Part shown: piece by piece, positions 52,631 through 62,074 of the stretch
Layout of the letters: each line of letters begins with the position of its first letter
Position numbering within the stretch: position 1 is the stretch's first letter
From: Planctomycetota bacterium
GTDB lineage: Bacteria > Planctomycetota > B15-G4 > SIAN01
Length of the DNA stretch: 64,000 bases
NCBI GenBank assembly: GCA_009691715.1
Contig: SIAN01000024.1
Coordinates: 27-64,026, forward strand
Reading direction: 5' to 3'
Position numbers and translations under genes: made by a program
Notes under the pieces: generated by a model
The model's input: only the letters and a program-made list of their open reading frames with translations
What the model was told of the DNA's origin: nothing
The model's database searches: none

Positions 52631-54096
52631 CCTTCGCCGACGAGAGGATGGCACGCAAGCACGCCGAAATCGCCGGCGCCGGCGATGGCTTCGTCGTCCG
52701 CGATCTCGGCAGCACCAACGGGATCTTCGTCGACGGCCAGCGGGTGAAGGAGAAACGGCTCGAGGACGGCGCGCGGCTGACGATCGGCAGCGTCGAGTTC
52801 CGTTGCGCCATGGCAGCCGTCCCGCGGCTCGGCGAGGTCGCCTACGACGAGTCGCTGCTCGACGACGGGCTGCGGTCGATCGTCGACATGGACGCGCTCG
52901 ACCGCCAGCGTGGCAAGGCGGCGGCGAAGGGCGACGCGGCAATGGTCGCGCCGCTGCGCGAGGCGGCGGAGTCGCTGCTCGGCGCGCGCGATCTCGACAC
53001 GGTGCTGGCGCGCTTCCTCGAGCTCGTCGCGCACCATTTCGCCGCCGAACGCGGTTTCGTCGGGCTTCGCGACGAGACGACCGGCGAGGTCGTCCCGCGC
53101 AAGACCTGGGCGAAGCACGCCGGCGGCGACGCCCGCATCGTGATCAGCCGCCAGATCTCGAAGGTCGCGGTCGATTCGCACCGCGCGCTGCTCGTGCGCG
53201 ACGCGGTCTCCGACGAGCGGTTCGAGGGCGCCAAGAGCATCCGTCAGCCACAGATCCGTTCGGCGATGTGCGCGCCGCTGCTGCGCGACGGCCGCGTGAG
53301 CGGGCTGATCTACGTCGACAAGCAGAGCAGCGAGAGGCCGTTCACCGAGGAGAGCCTGCAGGTGCTCTCGATCCTGGCGACGCTGGCTGCGGTCGCCGTC
53401 GAGGAGACAAAGCTGCGCGACGCGATCGAGCGCGAGCAGCAGATGCGCGCGCGCCTTTCCCGCTACAGCTCGCGCGCCGTCGTCGAGGCGATCCTCCACG
53501 GCGGCGAGGGCGCTGACGTGCCGGGCATGCGTTGCGAGGAGCGGCAGATCTCGGTGCTCTTCTGCGACTTCGCCGGCTTCACGGCGTTCTCGGAGAGCAT
53601 GCCGGCGGCCGACGTGAGCCGCGCGCTCAACGCCGCGTTCGAGCGCGTCTGCGGCGCGGTCTTCGCCGAGGACGGCACACTCGACAAGTTCATGGGCGAC
53701 GGAGTCCTGATCTTCTTCGGCGCGCCGACGACGCAACTCGACCACGCCGACCGGGCGGTCCGCACCGCAATCCGGATGCAGCAACTGCTGACCGAGCCGG
53801 GCGACGACGGCGCGCCGGCGATCGGGCTCAAGATGCGGATCGGCATCAACTCGGGGCCGGCGATCGTCGGCGACCTCGGCGCCTCGAAGCGGCGCGACTA
53901 CACGGTGATCGGCGACACGGTGAACGTCGCCAGCCGGCTCGAGCATTCAGTCGCGGCGCCGGGGCAGATCGTGATCGGACCGAACACCCATGCGATCATC
54001 GGCGCCCGCTTCCAGTGCACGCCCCTCGAACCGCGGCCGCTGAAAGGGATCGTGCGCGTTGTCCAGCCGTGGCTCGTCCACGTTCCGGAGTCATGA
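52630..54096 (+). CDS. FHA-GAF-adenylate cyclase (class III), 5' end of the FHA domain missing
   Basis: RKHAEI..VRDLGSTNGIFVDG (FHA); IRSAMCAPL..GLIYVD (GAF); FCDFAGFT, DKFMGDG and YTVIGDTVNVASRLE (ATP-type cyclase). Confidence 0.85.
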   Translation, partial: AFADERMARKHAEIAGAGDGFVVRDLGSTNGIFVDGQRVKEKRLEDGARLTIGSVEFRCAMAAVPRLGEVAYDESLLDDGLRSIVDMDALDRQRGKAAAKGDAAMVAPLREAAESLLGARDLDTVLARFLELVAHHFAAERGFVGLRDETTGEVVPRKTWAKHAGGDARIVISRQISKVAVDSHRALLVRDAVSDERFEGAKSIRQPQIRSAMCAPLLRDGRVSGLIYVDKQSSERPFTEESLQVLSILATLAAVAVEETKLRDAIEREQQMRARLSRYSSRAVVEAILHGGEGADVPGMRCEERQISVLFCDFAGFTAFSESMPAADVSRALNAAFERVCGAVFAEDGTLDKFMGDGVLIFFGAPTTQLDHADRAVRTAIRMQQLLTEPGDDGAPAIGLKMRIGINSGPAIVGDLGASKRRDYTVIGDTVNVASRLEHSVAAPGQIVIGPNTHAIIGARFQCTPLEPRPLKGIVRVVQPWLVHVPES

Positions 54097-55857
54097 GCCG
54101 CGCGCGCGCACGTCGGGACCGTAGGCCGGCTCCGACTGCAGCCGCGGGTCGTCGACCGGCGTGCCGACGGTGAAGTGATAGAGGCTCTGGAAGGTCGCGT
54201 CACGCAGGCCGAGCAGTTCGTGGACGAGGTCGTCGAAGAAGCAGCCGATCCCGGTCGCGCGCACGCCGGCGGCTTGCGCTCCCAGATAGAGAAGTTGGCC
54301 GAGGAAGCCGCACTCCCAGAACAAGCGGCGCCACTCCCACGCCGCGGCGCGCACCTCCGGTTCGAAGCGCGCGATCATTGCGACGGCGAACGCGCCGTCG
54401 GCGGCAATCGACTGCGTGCAACTGACGACCTGCGCGGTCTCGCGCCAATCGCCTGGTTGGAGCAGCAATAGACGCAACGACGGCGGCGCGTCGGCGACCA
54501 GAGTCCACGAAAATGGCGAGGTGATCGCCGCGCGCAGTTCGGTGCTCGCGGCCGGCGTCGCGCTGCGGTCGAGCAGGTAGATGCCGCTCGCCAGCCCGCT
54601 CACGCGATGGACGAAGAGCAGCAGGTGCACTCGCGGCGGCGCGGGCCAGGCATCCCACGGAAAACCGCCGGAGCGGGCGACGACCGCGTCGAGCAGTGCC
54701 AGGAACGCCGCGCGATCCATCGGCGTGCGTCCATCGAACGCGACTGCGCTGCGCCGTTCCCGGATCAACGCCGCCGCATTTCGTTCGGCTCCGCTCGGAA
54801 TGGCGCGCGGAAGCGAACGCGCGTCGGGGGTGACAGCGGTTGTGGAAGCCCCGTCACCACCGTCATCGCGGGTGGCGGTGACGACTGCGGCAGGGCGCAC
54901 AGTGGCGCGCGCAGCGAGCTCGATCACCGGCCACTCGGCGTGATCGTGGCTCAGCACGTTCGGCCGGCCGAACCAAGTCGCGGTTGCCGCAGCGGCCTGC
55001 AGCTCGACGAGGATCTCACGCAGCGCCGCGCGATCTGGCGCGCTGCCGTCGCAGGCGATCCAGAGCAGCGTCTCGGGCGCGTCTCGCTCCGGCAGGACGA
55101 GATGGGCGATCTCCTCGGCACGGTCGAGTCCGAGCAGGCGGCCGAGCGCCTCGTCGCCGAGTTCGTCGACCAGCGCGGCCCGCCATCCGAGCGCCGCCGC
55201 CGCAATCCGTAACCCAGCGATCGCGTGGCCGACGTCGTGCTGGCAGTAGCGCAGCGCGCGCTCGCCGTACTTCCACGCCTCGCGCCAGTGGATCGAAGTG
55301 AGCGCGACTCCGAAACCCGCTGGCCGGCTCGCGCGCTGCGCCGCACCACCCGCCGCATAGACCGCGCGCTGCTCCAGCAAGTGTTCGCGCGGCGCGTAGT
55401 GGTGCACTCCCGATGACAGCCAATCGTCTGGCCCGGTGCGATCCGAAGTCGTGGCGCCGTCTTGTGCCGAGGCTCCGTCGTCTGGCACGACGACCCACCC
55501 CTCGGTCGGGTGCAGGTTGCCGCTCGATGGGTTGGCACGCAGCGCCCAACGCGCGGCGCCGGCCCGCTTCCATGCCGTGATCCCGAGCGACAGTTCGAGG
55601 AATGCGCCGACGTTCGCGAGAGAGCGCTGCGCTGCAACCGCGGCGCCTGGTCGCCAGAGTTCGCCCCACTTCGTCGCGAGCGAATCGGCCGCCAGCGGCA
55701 GTTCGACGCACGGCGCGCCCTCCCACCGCCGGAACGGGTCGGGCTGCGTCTCCCAATCCATCCAACCGAGCGACGCCGCAAAGCGCCGCGGGTGGTGCTT
55801 GGTCCGGAGGTGGTAACCGAGCGCGATCTCGGACGGCGAAAGCGGACGTTCGTTCAT
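54091..55857 (-). CDS. SagB/ThcOx-like double nitroreductase-domain protein
   Basis: YHLRTKH, DWETQPDPFR, LRANPSSGNLHPTE, WREAWKYGERALRYCQHDVGHA, IRERRSA and TGIGCFFDD motifs. Confidence 0.88.
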   Translation of the reverse strand: MNERPLSPSEIALGYHLRTKHHPRRFAASLGWMDWETQPDPFRRWEGAPCVELPLAADSLATKWGELWRPGAAVAAQRSLANVGAFLELSLGITAWKRAGAARWALRANPSSGNLHPTEGWVVVPDDGASAQDGATTSDRTGPDDWLSSGVHHYAPREHLLEQRAVYAAGGAAQRASRPAGFGVALTSIHWREAWKYGERALRYCQHDVGHAIAGLRIAAAALGWRAALVDELGDEALGRLLGLDRAEEIAHLVLPERDAPETLLWIACDGSAPDRAALREILVELQAAAATATWFGRPNVLSHDHAEWPVIELAARATVRPAAVVTATRDDGGDGASTTAVTPDARSLPRAIPSGAERNAAALIRERRSAVAFDGRTPMDRAAFLALLDAVVARSGGFPWDAWPAPPRVHLLLFVHRVSGLASGIYLLDRSATPAASTELRAAITSPFSWTLVADAPPSLRLLLLQPGDWRETAQVVSCTQSIAADGAFAVAMIARFEPEVRAAAWEWRRLFWECGFLGQLLYLGAQAAGVRATGIGCFFDDLVHELLGLRDATFQSLYHFTVGTPVDDPRLQSEPAYGPDVRARGS

Positions 55858-55867
55858 CGACCTCGCA

Positions 55868-56728
55868 TTAGAGCGCCGCGCCGACGACCCACGCGCACCA
55901 AGCTCCCGGCGGGATGCCGACCTCGGCGCGGAACGCCCGCGTGAAGTGCGCCTGATCGGCGAAGCCGCAGCAGAGCGCGATCGCGTCGATCTCGTTCGTC
56001 CCTCCCGCCCGCAGGAGGGCGAGCGATCGCTCGACGCGCACGCCGCGCCGCCATGCCCGCAACGTGGTCCCCGTGGCGCGACGGAAGAGGCGCGCGAAGT
56101 GGGCCGGGTGGAGCCCCGCGGCGAGCGCCAGCGTCTGGACGCTCGCCAGAGTTGGATCGTCGGCGAACCGCTCGCACGCGAGCGTGACTCAAGCGGGCGG
56201 CGCGCCGCGCAAGGCTCCGCATTGCAACCGCGATTCCGGACCACGATCGACCGGATCGGCGAGCAATTCGAGCGCGCGCTCCTCGAGATCGAGCGCGTGC
56301 GTCGACGATGTCACGTTGTCGGCCGCGCTCGCCCGTCCCGATGCCGCCGCCTCGCGCCAGAGCGCGACGATCCGCCGCATCCGCCCTGGCGCGCGATGCC
56401 AGCCGTAGCAGCCGGCGGCGTCCGCTCGCCACGGTGGTCCGTCGACCTCCGTCATCGGCGCGATCGCGATCATCGTCGCGCCCGCCGCGCCGTACCGATC
56501 GGCATGCCGCCATTCCGCCGGCTTGGCAACCTCATCGCCGCGCACCGCGGCCCAGTCGCGCCCGCCCGCCGACTCGACCAACCCGCCCTCGACCACGAAC
56601 GACCGCGACGCCGCTTCATGCTCATGCGTCGGCTGTTCGGGGTGCGCGGGGTAGCGCACGCAGACGACCGCCACCGAGCCGAGTGCATGCGCGCGTCGTC
56701 CCATGGTGCGCCCGTACGCCGGAATCAC
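55868..56728 (-). pseudogene. AraC-family transcriptional regulator interrupted by an in-frame TGA (56189-56191)
   Basis: Cupin HEH motif; ...GAPPA*VTLACERF...LALAAGLHPAHFARLFRR...GFADQAHFTRAFR; the GTG start overlaps the upstream stop. Confidence 0.8.
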
Positions 56729-58207
56729 TCCTGGCGTTCGAGCCGCCACTCGCCATCGAAGAAAGCGATCGTCAGCGCAGCCATCCGCCCGTCAGCCGCC
56801 CACTCGGGACGCGCCAGGGAGATGTCGTCGCCGCCGTCGAATCGCAACTGGAGCGCGCCAGCGTCGGGCGGTGCCGCCGGCGAGACGACGCAGCGGTACT
56901 CGCTGAAGCCACCGACGAGGCGCCCGCCCAGGTCCTGCAGCTCGAGCACTCCCATCAGTTCGTGCGCGTAGCGACCGGTGAAGTGATCGAGCGGGAGCCC
57001 GAGTTCCGGCGCCGTCGCGCCGCTCGGCGCGGTCCGTGGCACGACCGGTGGTTCCGCGCGCGCTGCGATCCAGCCGAGGCGGTTCCTGCTCTTCACGCCG
57101 GTGAGCCGCGCCAGCAGCTCGTCGACCATCGCCAGCACGACGCCCTGCGCGCCGCTGTTGTCCATCACCGCCACGCCGATCCCGTCGTCGGGCAGGAACA
57201 CCATGGCCGAGGAGTAGCCGAGGTAATCGTCCCCATGCATCGCGAGGCGCCGACCGTGCCAGCGGCCGAGCATCCACGCCAGCCCGAAGCCGTCGACGGC
57301 ACCGCCGGGGATCTCTTCGCCTTTCGTTCGATTCGCCTGCTGCAGCGTGAGCGCGTCCTCGATCGTCTCGGGCGCCACGATGGCGGTCCCGTCGCTGCCG
57401 CGGCCACGGTCGAGGAACAGCGCCAACCAGCGCAGCGCATCGCGCGGCGTCGTGCAGATCCCGCCAGCCGCATGCATCGTCTGGTCGCTCTTCACGCGTT
57501 GCCGGTTCCAGCCGGCCGGAGTCCGGACCAGCGGCCACGCGCAATTCGGATCGGCGTAGGCGACGCTCGCGCGCGCGGTCGTGCGCGTCATTCCCGCTGG
57601 CGCGAGCAGCTCCGTCTCCAGCAGTTCCTGCCACGGCGTGCCGCGCACCGCCTCGGCAACGCGCGCCGCCAGCGTGAAGTGGGTGTTCGAGTAGGCGCAG
57701 CGCCCGGTCGGCCGCTCGCGCGCCAGCAACGCGAAGAAACGCTCGTCAGTGATCTCGCCGGTAAAGGCGTCCAGGAAAACCGCCGCCGGGCAATTGAGCC
57801 CCGGACGGTGGCAGAGCAGGTCGCGCAACGTGATCGCCTCGGCCGCCGCCTCGTTGGCGAGCCGGAACTGCGGCAACGTTTCCCGAATCGGATCATCGAG
57901 CTCGATCTCGTCACTTTCGGCCATCTTGGCGAGCAGCAACGCCGTCCAGGTTTTCGTGCAGGAAGCGACGTAGAAGCGTCGTGTCGGCGTCAATCGGCTT
58001 GCCGTCGACGTCACGGATTCCAAGCGACCCGAACGCCGTCTCTCCGCCCGCGATCGCGGCCAGCGCGACGCCTGGCAGGTTGCGGCGCTCCAAGACCGGT
58101 CGGCCCGCCGCGCAGACGGCGGCGATCGCCTCGGCAGGCGTTTCCTGCGCTCGCGGCCACGCGAGCAACAGCACGATGTGCAGTGAGCCGCAGAGTTCGT
58201 CGAACAT
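56725..58207 (-). pseudogene. Serine hydrolase (beta-lactamase class C-like), frameshifted at ~57980
   Basis: N-part PGVALAAI...GIRDVDGKPIDADT joins RFYVASCTK (SxxK), LLCHRPGL, YSN, AAGGI and HG in the next frame. Confidence 0.8.
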
Positions 58208-58317
58208 CGATCCCTCGTTTCGCCGCCGGGATGTCGCGAGGGGAGCGCACCGGCGAAACGAAGGGCGAAGCCTACGCCTGAGTCACGCCGCATGATTGAA
58301 CGAACGAAGCGTGCCGA

Positions 58318-59658
58318 TCAGCCGATCAGCTCGCGCACCGCGGCGCCGTCGGGATCGATCAGCTTGGTCGGCCGGCGCGTGCTCGGGTTGAACTCCTTGT
58401 CGCGCTCGAAGCCGAGCAGTTCGGCGAAGGTGGCGAACAGATCGGCAATCTGCACCGGTCGCTCGAGGATCGCCTCGCCCCGCTCGTCGGTGCGGCCGAC
58501 AACGGTGGCCGGCTTGATCCCGCCGCCGCCGAGCAGCACGCAGAAGTTGTTCGGCCAGTGGTCGCGCCCGCCGCCGGCGTTGGCAGTCGGCGTCCGGCCG
58601 AACTCGCCCATGCAGACCACCAGCGTCTGGTCGTAGATCCCGCGCTCGACTAGGTCGTCGACCAGCGCGGACAGCGCCGGATCGAGCTGGCTGCAGAGCT
58701 TTTCGTGGCGCGTGAAGTTGTCCGCATGCGTGTCGAAGCCAGGCAGTTCGATCTCGATCGACGCAACGCCCGCTTCGATCAGCCGCCGCGCCAGCAGCAT
58801 GCTCGAACCGAAGGAGCGCGCACCGTAACGGCGCCGCGTCGCCGGCGATTCGTCGGTGAGGTCAAACGCTTTCTTGAGCGGAGACGCCATCAGGCGGCGC
58901 GCGGCTCGGCGGCGGGTCTCGAACAGGTCGACCGTGCGCCCGCCGCCGCGCTCGCGGAACTCGCCGTCGATGGCGCCACGCAGCACCTCGAGCCGGTCGC
59001 GCTCAGCGAATGGATCCGCGACACCGTCACCTGTTGCGGCCTGCGGGTCGCAGTCCGGGCAGTCGAGATTCGCGACCTTGTCCTGACCGTCGGCGATGAA
59101 GAACGGCGCGCATTCCGGCGGCAGGTGGCCGGCCGTACGCGGCGTCCCGCCGATCTGCACGAACGGCGGCAGGTCGCCATCGCTGTCGCCGATCTCGAGC
59201 GCGGCGATCGCGCCGAGCGTCGGGTAGTCGACGCTCGGATTGGGTCGGTAGCCGAAGTGGAGCAGGTCGCGCGCGCGGCCGTGACTGCTCTCCTTCGAGG
59301 TCAGCGTGCGGACGACCGACAGTTGCGGCGCCCGTTTCGCGAGCTCGGGCAGGATCGAACTGAACTGCCAGTCGCCGATTCCGGTCGGGATGCCGCCGAA
59401 CGGCCCGCCGGTCGGTGCGCCCGGTTTCGGATCGAACGTCTCCAAGTGGCTCGGCCCGCCGTCGAGCCAGACCAGCACGATCTGCTTCTTGCGCGCTCCG
59501 CTGCGACCGGCCGCCAGCGCGTGCCGAGTGAAGAGGTCGAGGAAGGCGGGCGCGACGGCTCCGGCGACGGCGCCGTGGGCAAGACGACGGACGAGCTCGC
59601 GCCGCGTGAACAGCCGGCTTTCGACGTTGCGGTGGTCAGGCGACGGGACGAAACGCAT
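58318..59658 (-). CDS. DUF1501 domain protein (Tat signal)
   Basis: TRRELV; WLDGGPSHLETFDPKP, LLARRLIEAGV, FDTH, GEFGRTP and GRDHWP motifs. Confidence 0.92.
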   Translation of the reverse strand: MRFVPSPDHRNVESRLFTRRELVRRLAHGAVAGAVAPAFLDLFTRHALAAGRSGARKKQIVLVWLDGGPSHLETFDPKPGAPTGGPFGGIPTGIGDWQFSSILPELAKRAPQLSVVRTLTSKESSHGRARDLLHFGYRPNPSVDYPTLGAIAALEIGDSDGDLPPFVQIGGTPRTAGHLPPECAPFFIADGQDKVANLDCPDCDPQAATGDGVADPFAERDRLEVLRGAIDGEFRERGGGRTVDLFETRRRAARRLMASPLKKAFDLTDESPATRRRYGARSFGSSMLLARRLIEAGVASIEIELPGFDTHADNFTRHEKLCSQLDPALSALVDDLVERGIYDQTLVVCMGEFGRTPTANAGGGRDHWPNNFCVLLGGGGIKPATVVGRTDERGEAILERPVQIADLFATFAELLGFERDKEFNPSTRRPTKLIDPDGAAVRELIG

Positions 59659-59659
59659 G

Positions 59660-61873
59660 TCAGTGGTTCACCTGGAACTCGGTGCTGTTCAGCAACGCCC
59701 AGCGCAATTCGCTGAAGGTCGTCGGCAGCCGCGCGGCATCGCCCGGCAGCAGCGCCAGCAGTCGCGCCGCCTCGTCGGGTGCCGGCGCGCGGCCGATCAT
59801 CTGCCTCCACAACGGCGACAGCCGCGCGACCGGATCGAGACCGACGTCGGCGAAGCTCGCGTAGCTCGTCGTCGTGACGTCGGCGGGTCCGATCGTGCTC
59901 GTCTCGCTGTTCATCGCGAACAGCGCCTGCGGAATGCTCGCCGACCACCAGATCAGCCCGGTCCCGTCGGGTGCCGTGCACAGCTTGGAGAGCGTGTGCA
60001 CCTGCGCGCGAACCTCCCACTCCTCCTTGGCGATCGCTTCCGCCTCGTTCGCCGTCCCGAACGCCGGGTCGGTGGCCTTGCGCAGCGAGCGACAGAACTG
60101 ATCGAGCGTCAGCGCGCGCGCCGGATGCGCCGCGAGTCGCCGCTCGCTCTCCGTCGCGGTCCAGGCGTCCGCCGACGTCGCGGCGCCAAGGGCGTAGGCA
60201 TGGGTCCGCGCGATCGCTCCGAACAGGAAGCGCAGGTCGGTGCCGTGCTCGTGGAAGGCGCGCCCGATCACATCCAGCAACTCCGGCATCACGCGATCGA
60301 CGCTGCCGGACAGGTCATCGACCGGCTCGACCAGCCCTTTGCCGAGGAGTTGCTGCACCACGCGGTTCGCGATCGACGCGCCGAACCAAGGATTGGCCGG
60401 CGCGACGATCCAGCGCGCCAACTCCTCGCGCTTGGACACTCCCGAATGGGAGACGAACTTCGAGCCGTCGGGGAAACCGGGCGTAGAAAAGCTCTCGCGC
60501 CGATCCTCGTACTTGTCGAACAGCGCGCGGGCGTCGGGCTGGAGCTGCGCGACCAATCGATCGAAGGCGACCTTCTCCTTCGCCAGCCGCGCGGACGCCT
60601 TCTCGACCGAGAGCGGCGCCTTGTCGCCCGCGCGCGCTGCCTGCTGCAGCAGCCGCAGCAGGTCATTGATCGCCGCGCCGTCGGCGCGCTCGACGCGTGT
60701 GCCCGGCGCGCTCTCGCCGTCGCCGCCGGCCGCCGCTGCCATCTCCATGCCCGCAGGATCGGACGGCGGATTCTCCGGCGCATCGCCCGACATCGCCTTG
60801 CGCGCGCGCACCTTGCCGCCTGAGTTCGCGCGGCGCTCGAGCTTGCGCAGGTTCTTCGACAGCACCATCTCTGGCGCCAGGTCCTCGACCACGAAGCCGC
60901 AACGGATCGGGGAATCCTCGAGCTCACCGAGGATCTCGACGCCGGCTGGATCCGACGCGACGCCCATCGCCCTCATGCCGCCGTCCGAGCCAGCACGGCC
61001 CTTCGCACCACCCGCGGTCTCAGCGGCCCGTCGCGCCTCGCGCTTCGCTTCCCGCCTCGCCTCGAGCTTCGCTTCGGCGTCCTCGGCCACCGCGCGATCC
61101 TTCAGCGGCGCGAAGTCGGCGCGCGAATCGGCGAAGAAGCCGGCGAATCGGTTGAAGTCGTCCTGCTTCCACTTGTCGAACGGATGGTCATGGCACTGCG
61201 CGCACTGGATCTGCAGTCCGAGGAACGAGCGCGCGGTGATCGCGGTGAGCGACTCGATCGAGTCGAAGTAGGCCAGCATCAGCCCGCAGCCGTCGACCTC
61301 CTCGCTGTCGCAGGTGTCGGTGAGCATCTGCGTCACGACGTCGCGGAACGGTCGGTTCGCGGCGAACTGCGTCTCGAGCCAGGGTCTTACGTAGCGGACC
61401 ATTCGGGTCGAGTTCATGCCGGCCCCGACCAGCAAGAGCTTGGTCCAGCGGTTGGCCAGTTGCGTTGCGAAACGGCGGTCGCCAAGGAAGGCATCGATCC
61501 AGCGCGCGCGACGATCGGGCGCCACGTCGGCGAGGAGGCGCTGGATCTCGTCGGCGTTCGCGATCTCTCCGCGTAGATCGAGGCTCAAGCGGCGCAGCCA
61601 GGTCACGTCGTCGACCGGTGCCGACGGTGTCAGCCCTTCCGCCTGCCACGAGTCACTCAGCGCCAGATCGATGTAGTCGGCGAGTGCCTGCTCATCGGCG
61701 AAGCTGGCCGGCGCTGGAGGCAGTGGCCGCACCATCGCGGCCTGCGCTCCTTCTCCCGCGCCGCCGTTGGCGTACGCCTTGGCGACCGGTACCTGCTGGC
61801 CCGAGATCGAGGCCATGCAGAGCGCCGCCAACGCGGCAGCGGTGGCAAGACCTCGTCGTCGCATCACGGACAC
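59660..61873 (-). CDS. DUF1549/DUF1553 domain protein
   Basis: DDVTWLRRLSLDLRG, FLGLQIQCAQCHDHPFD, LARWIVAPANPWF..NRV..GLVEPVDD and WALLNSTEF motifs. Confidence 0.9.
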   Translation of the reverse strand: MSVMRRRGLATAAALAALCMASISGQQVPVAKAYANGGAGEGAQAAMVRPLPPAPASFADEQALADYIDLALSDSWQAEGLTPSAPVDDVTWLRRLSLDLRGEIANADEIQRLLADVAPDRRARWIDAFLGDRRFATQLANRWTKLLLVGAGMNSTRMVRYVRPWLETQFAANRPFRDVVTQMLTDTCDSEEVDGCGLMLAYFDSIESLTAITARSFLGLQIQCAQCHDHPFDKWKQDDFNRFAGFFADSRADFAPLKDRAVAEDAEAKLEARREAKREARRAAETAGGAKGRAGSDGGMRAMGVASDPAGVEILGELEDSPIRCGFVVEDLAPEMVLSKNLRKLERRANSGGKVRARKAMSGDAPENPPSDPAGMEMAAAAGGDGESAPGTRVERADGAAINDLLRLLQQAARAGDKAPLSVEKASARLAKEKVAFDRLVAQLQPDARALFDKYEDRRESFSTPGFPDGSKFVSHSGVSKREELARWIVAPANPWFGASIANRVVQQLLGKGLVEPVDDLSGSVDRVMPELLDVIGRAFHEHGTDLRFLFGAIARTHAYALGAATSADAWTATESERRLAAHPARALTLDQFCRSLRKATDPAFGTANEAEAIAKEEWEVRAQVHTLSKLCTAPDGTGLIWWSASIPQALFAMNSETSTIGPADVTTTSYASFADVGLDPVARLSPLWRQMIGRAPAPDEAARLLALLPGDAARLPTTFSELRWALLNSTEFQVNH

Positions 61874-62015
61874 TCCCAGTGCGGGATCGACCGGCGGGGA
61901 TTACAGCCGTGCGCAGAAGAGCCGTCCAGAGCGGCACTTGCCGGGATCTCTTCGCGTTCGACGTCAAAAAGGCAGAAATTGCTCCATCGGCACGGGCGTA
62001 ACCCGGCCAATGAGA

Positions 62016-62050
62016 GCGCCGCGCGGGAGCACGAAGCCTCCGCGCGGCGC
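62016..62050. terminator. GC-rich hairpin, putative intrinsic terminator
   Basis: GCGCCGCGCGG / CCGCGCGGCGC arms just downstream of the 62075 stop. Confidence 0.5.
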
Positions 62051-62074
62051 CAACTCTTTTCGGTCGCGGTCCGC

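Noticed and set aside
54091-55857. SagB-like gene as part of a RiPP (azole) cluster
   Set aside because: No YcaO cyclodehydratase, precursor peptide or exporter nearby; this double-nitroreductase family is usually stand-alone.
5769-56191. Stop-codon reassignment or selenocysteine/pyrrolysine suggested by in-frame TGA and TAG
   Set aside because: TGA is the normal terminator of most genes here (many ATGA/GTGA overlaps), Trp is encoded by TGG throughout, the sites are not Cys positions, and no SECIS-like hairpin or sel/pyl genes were seen.
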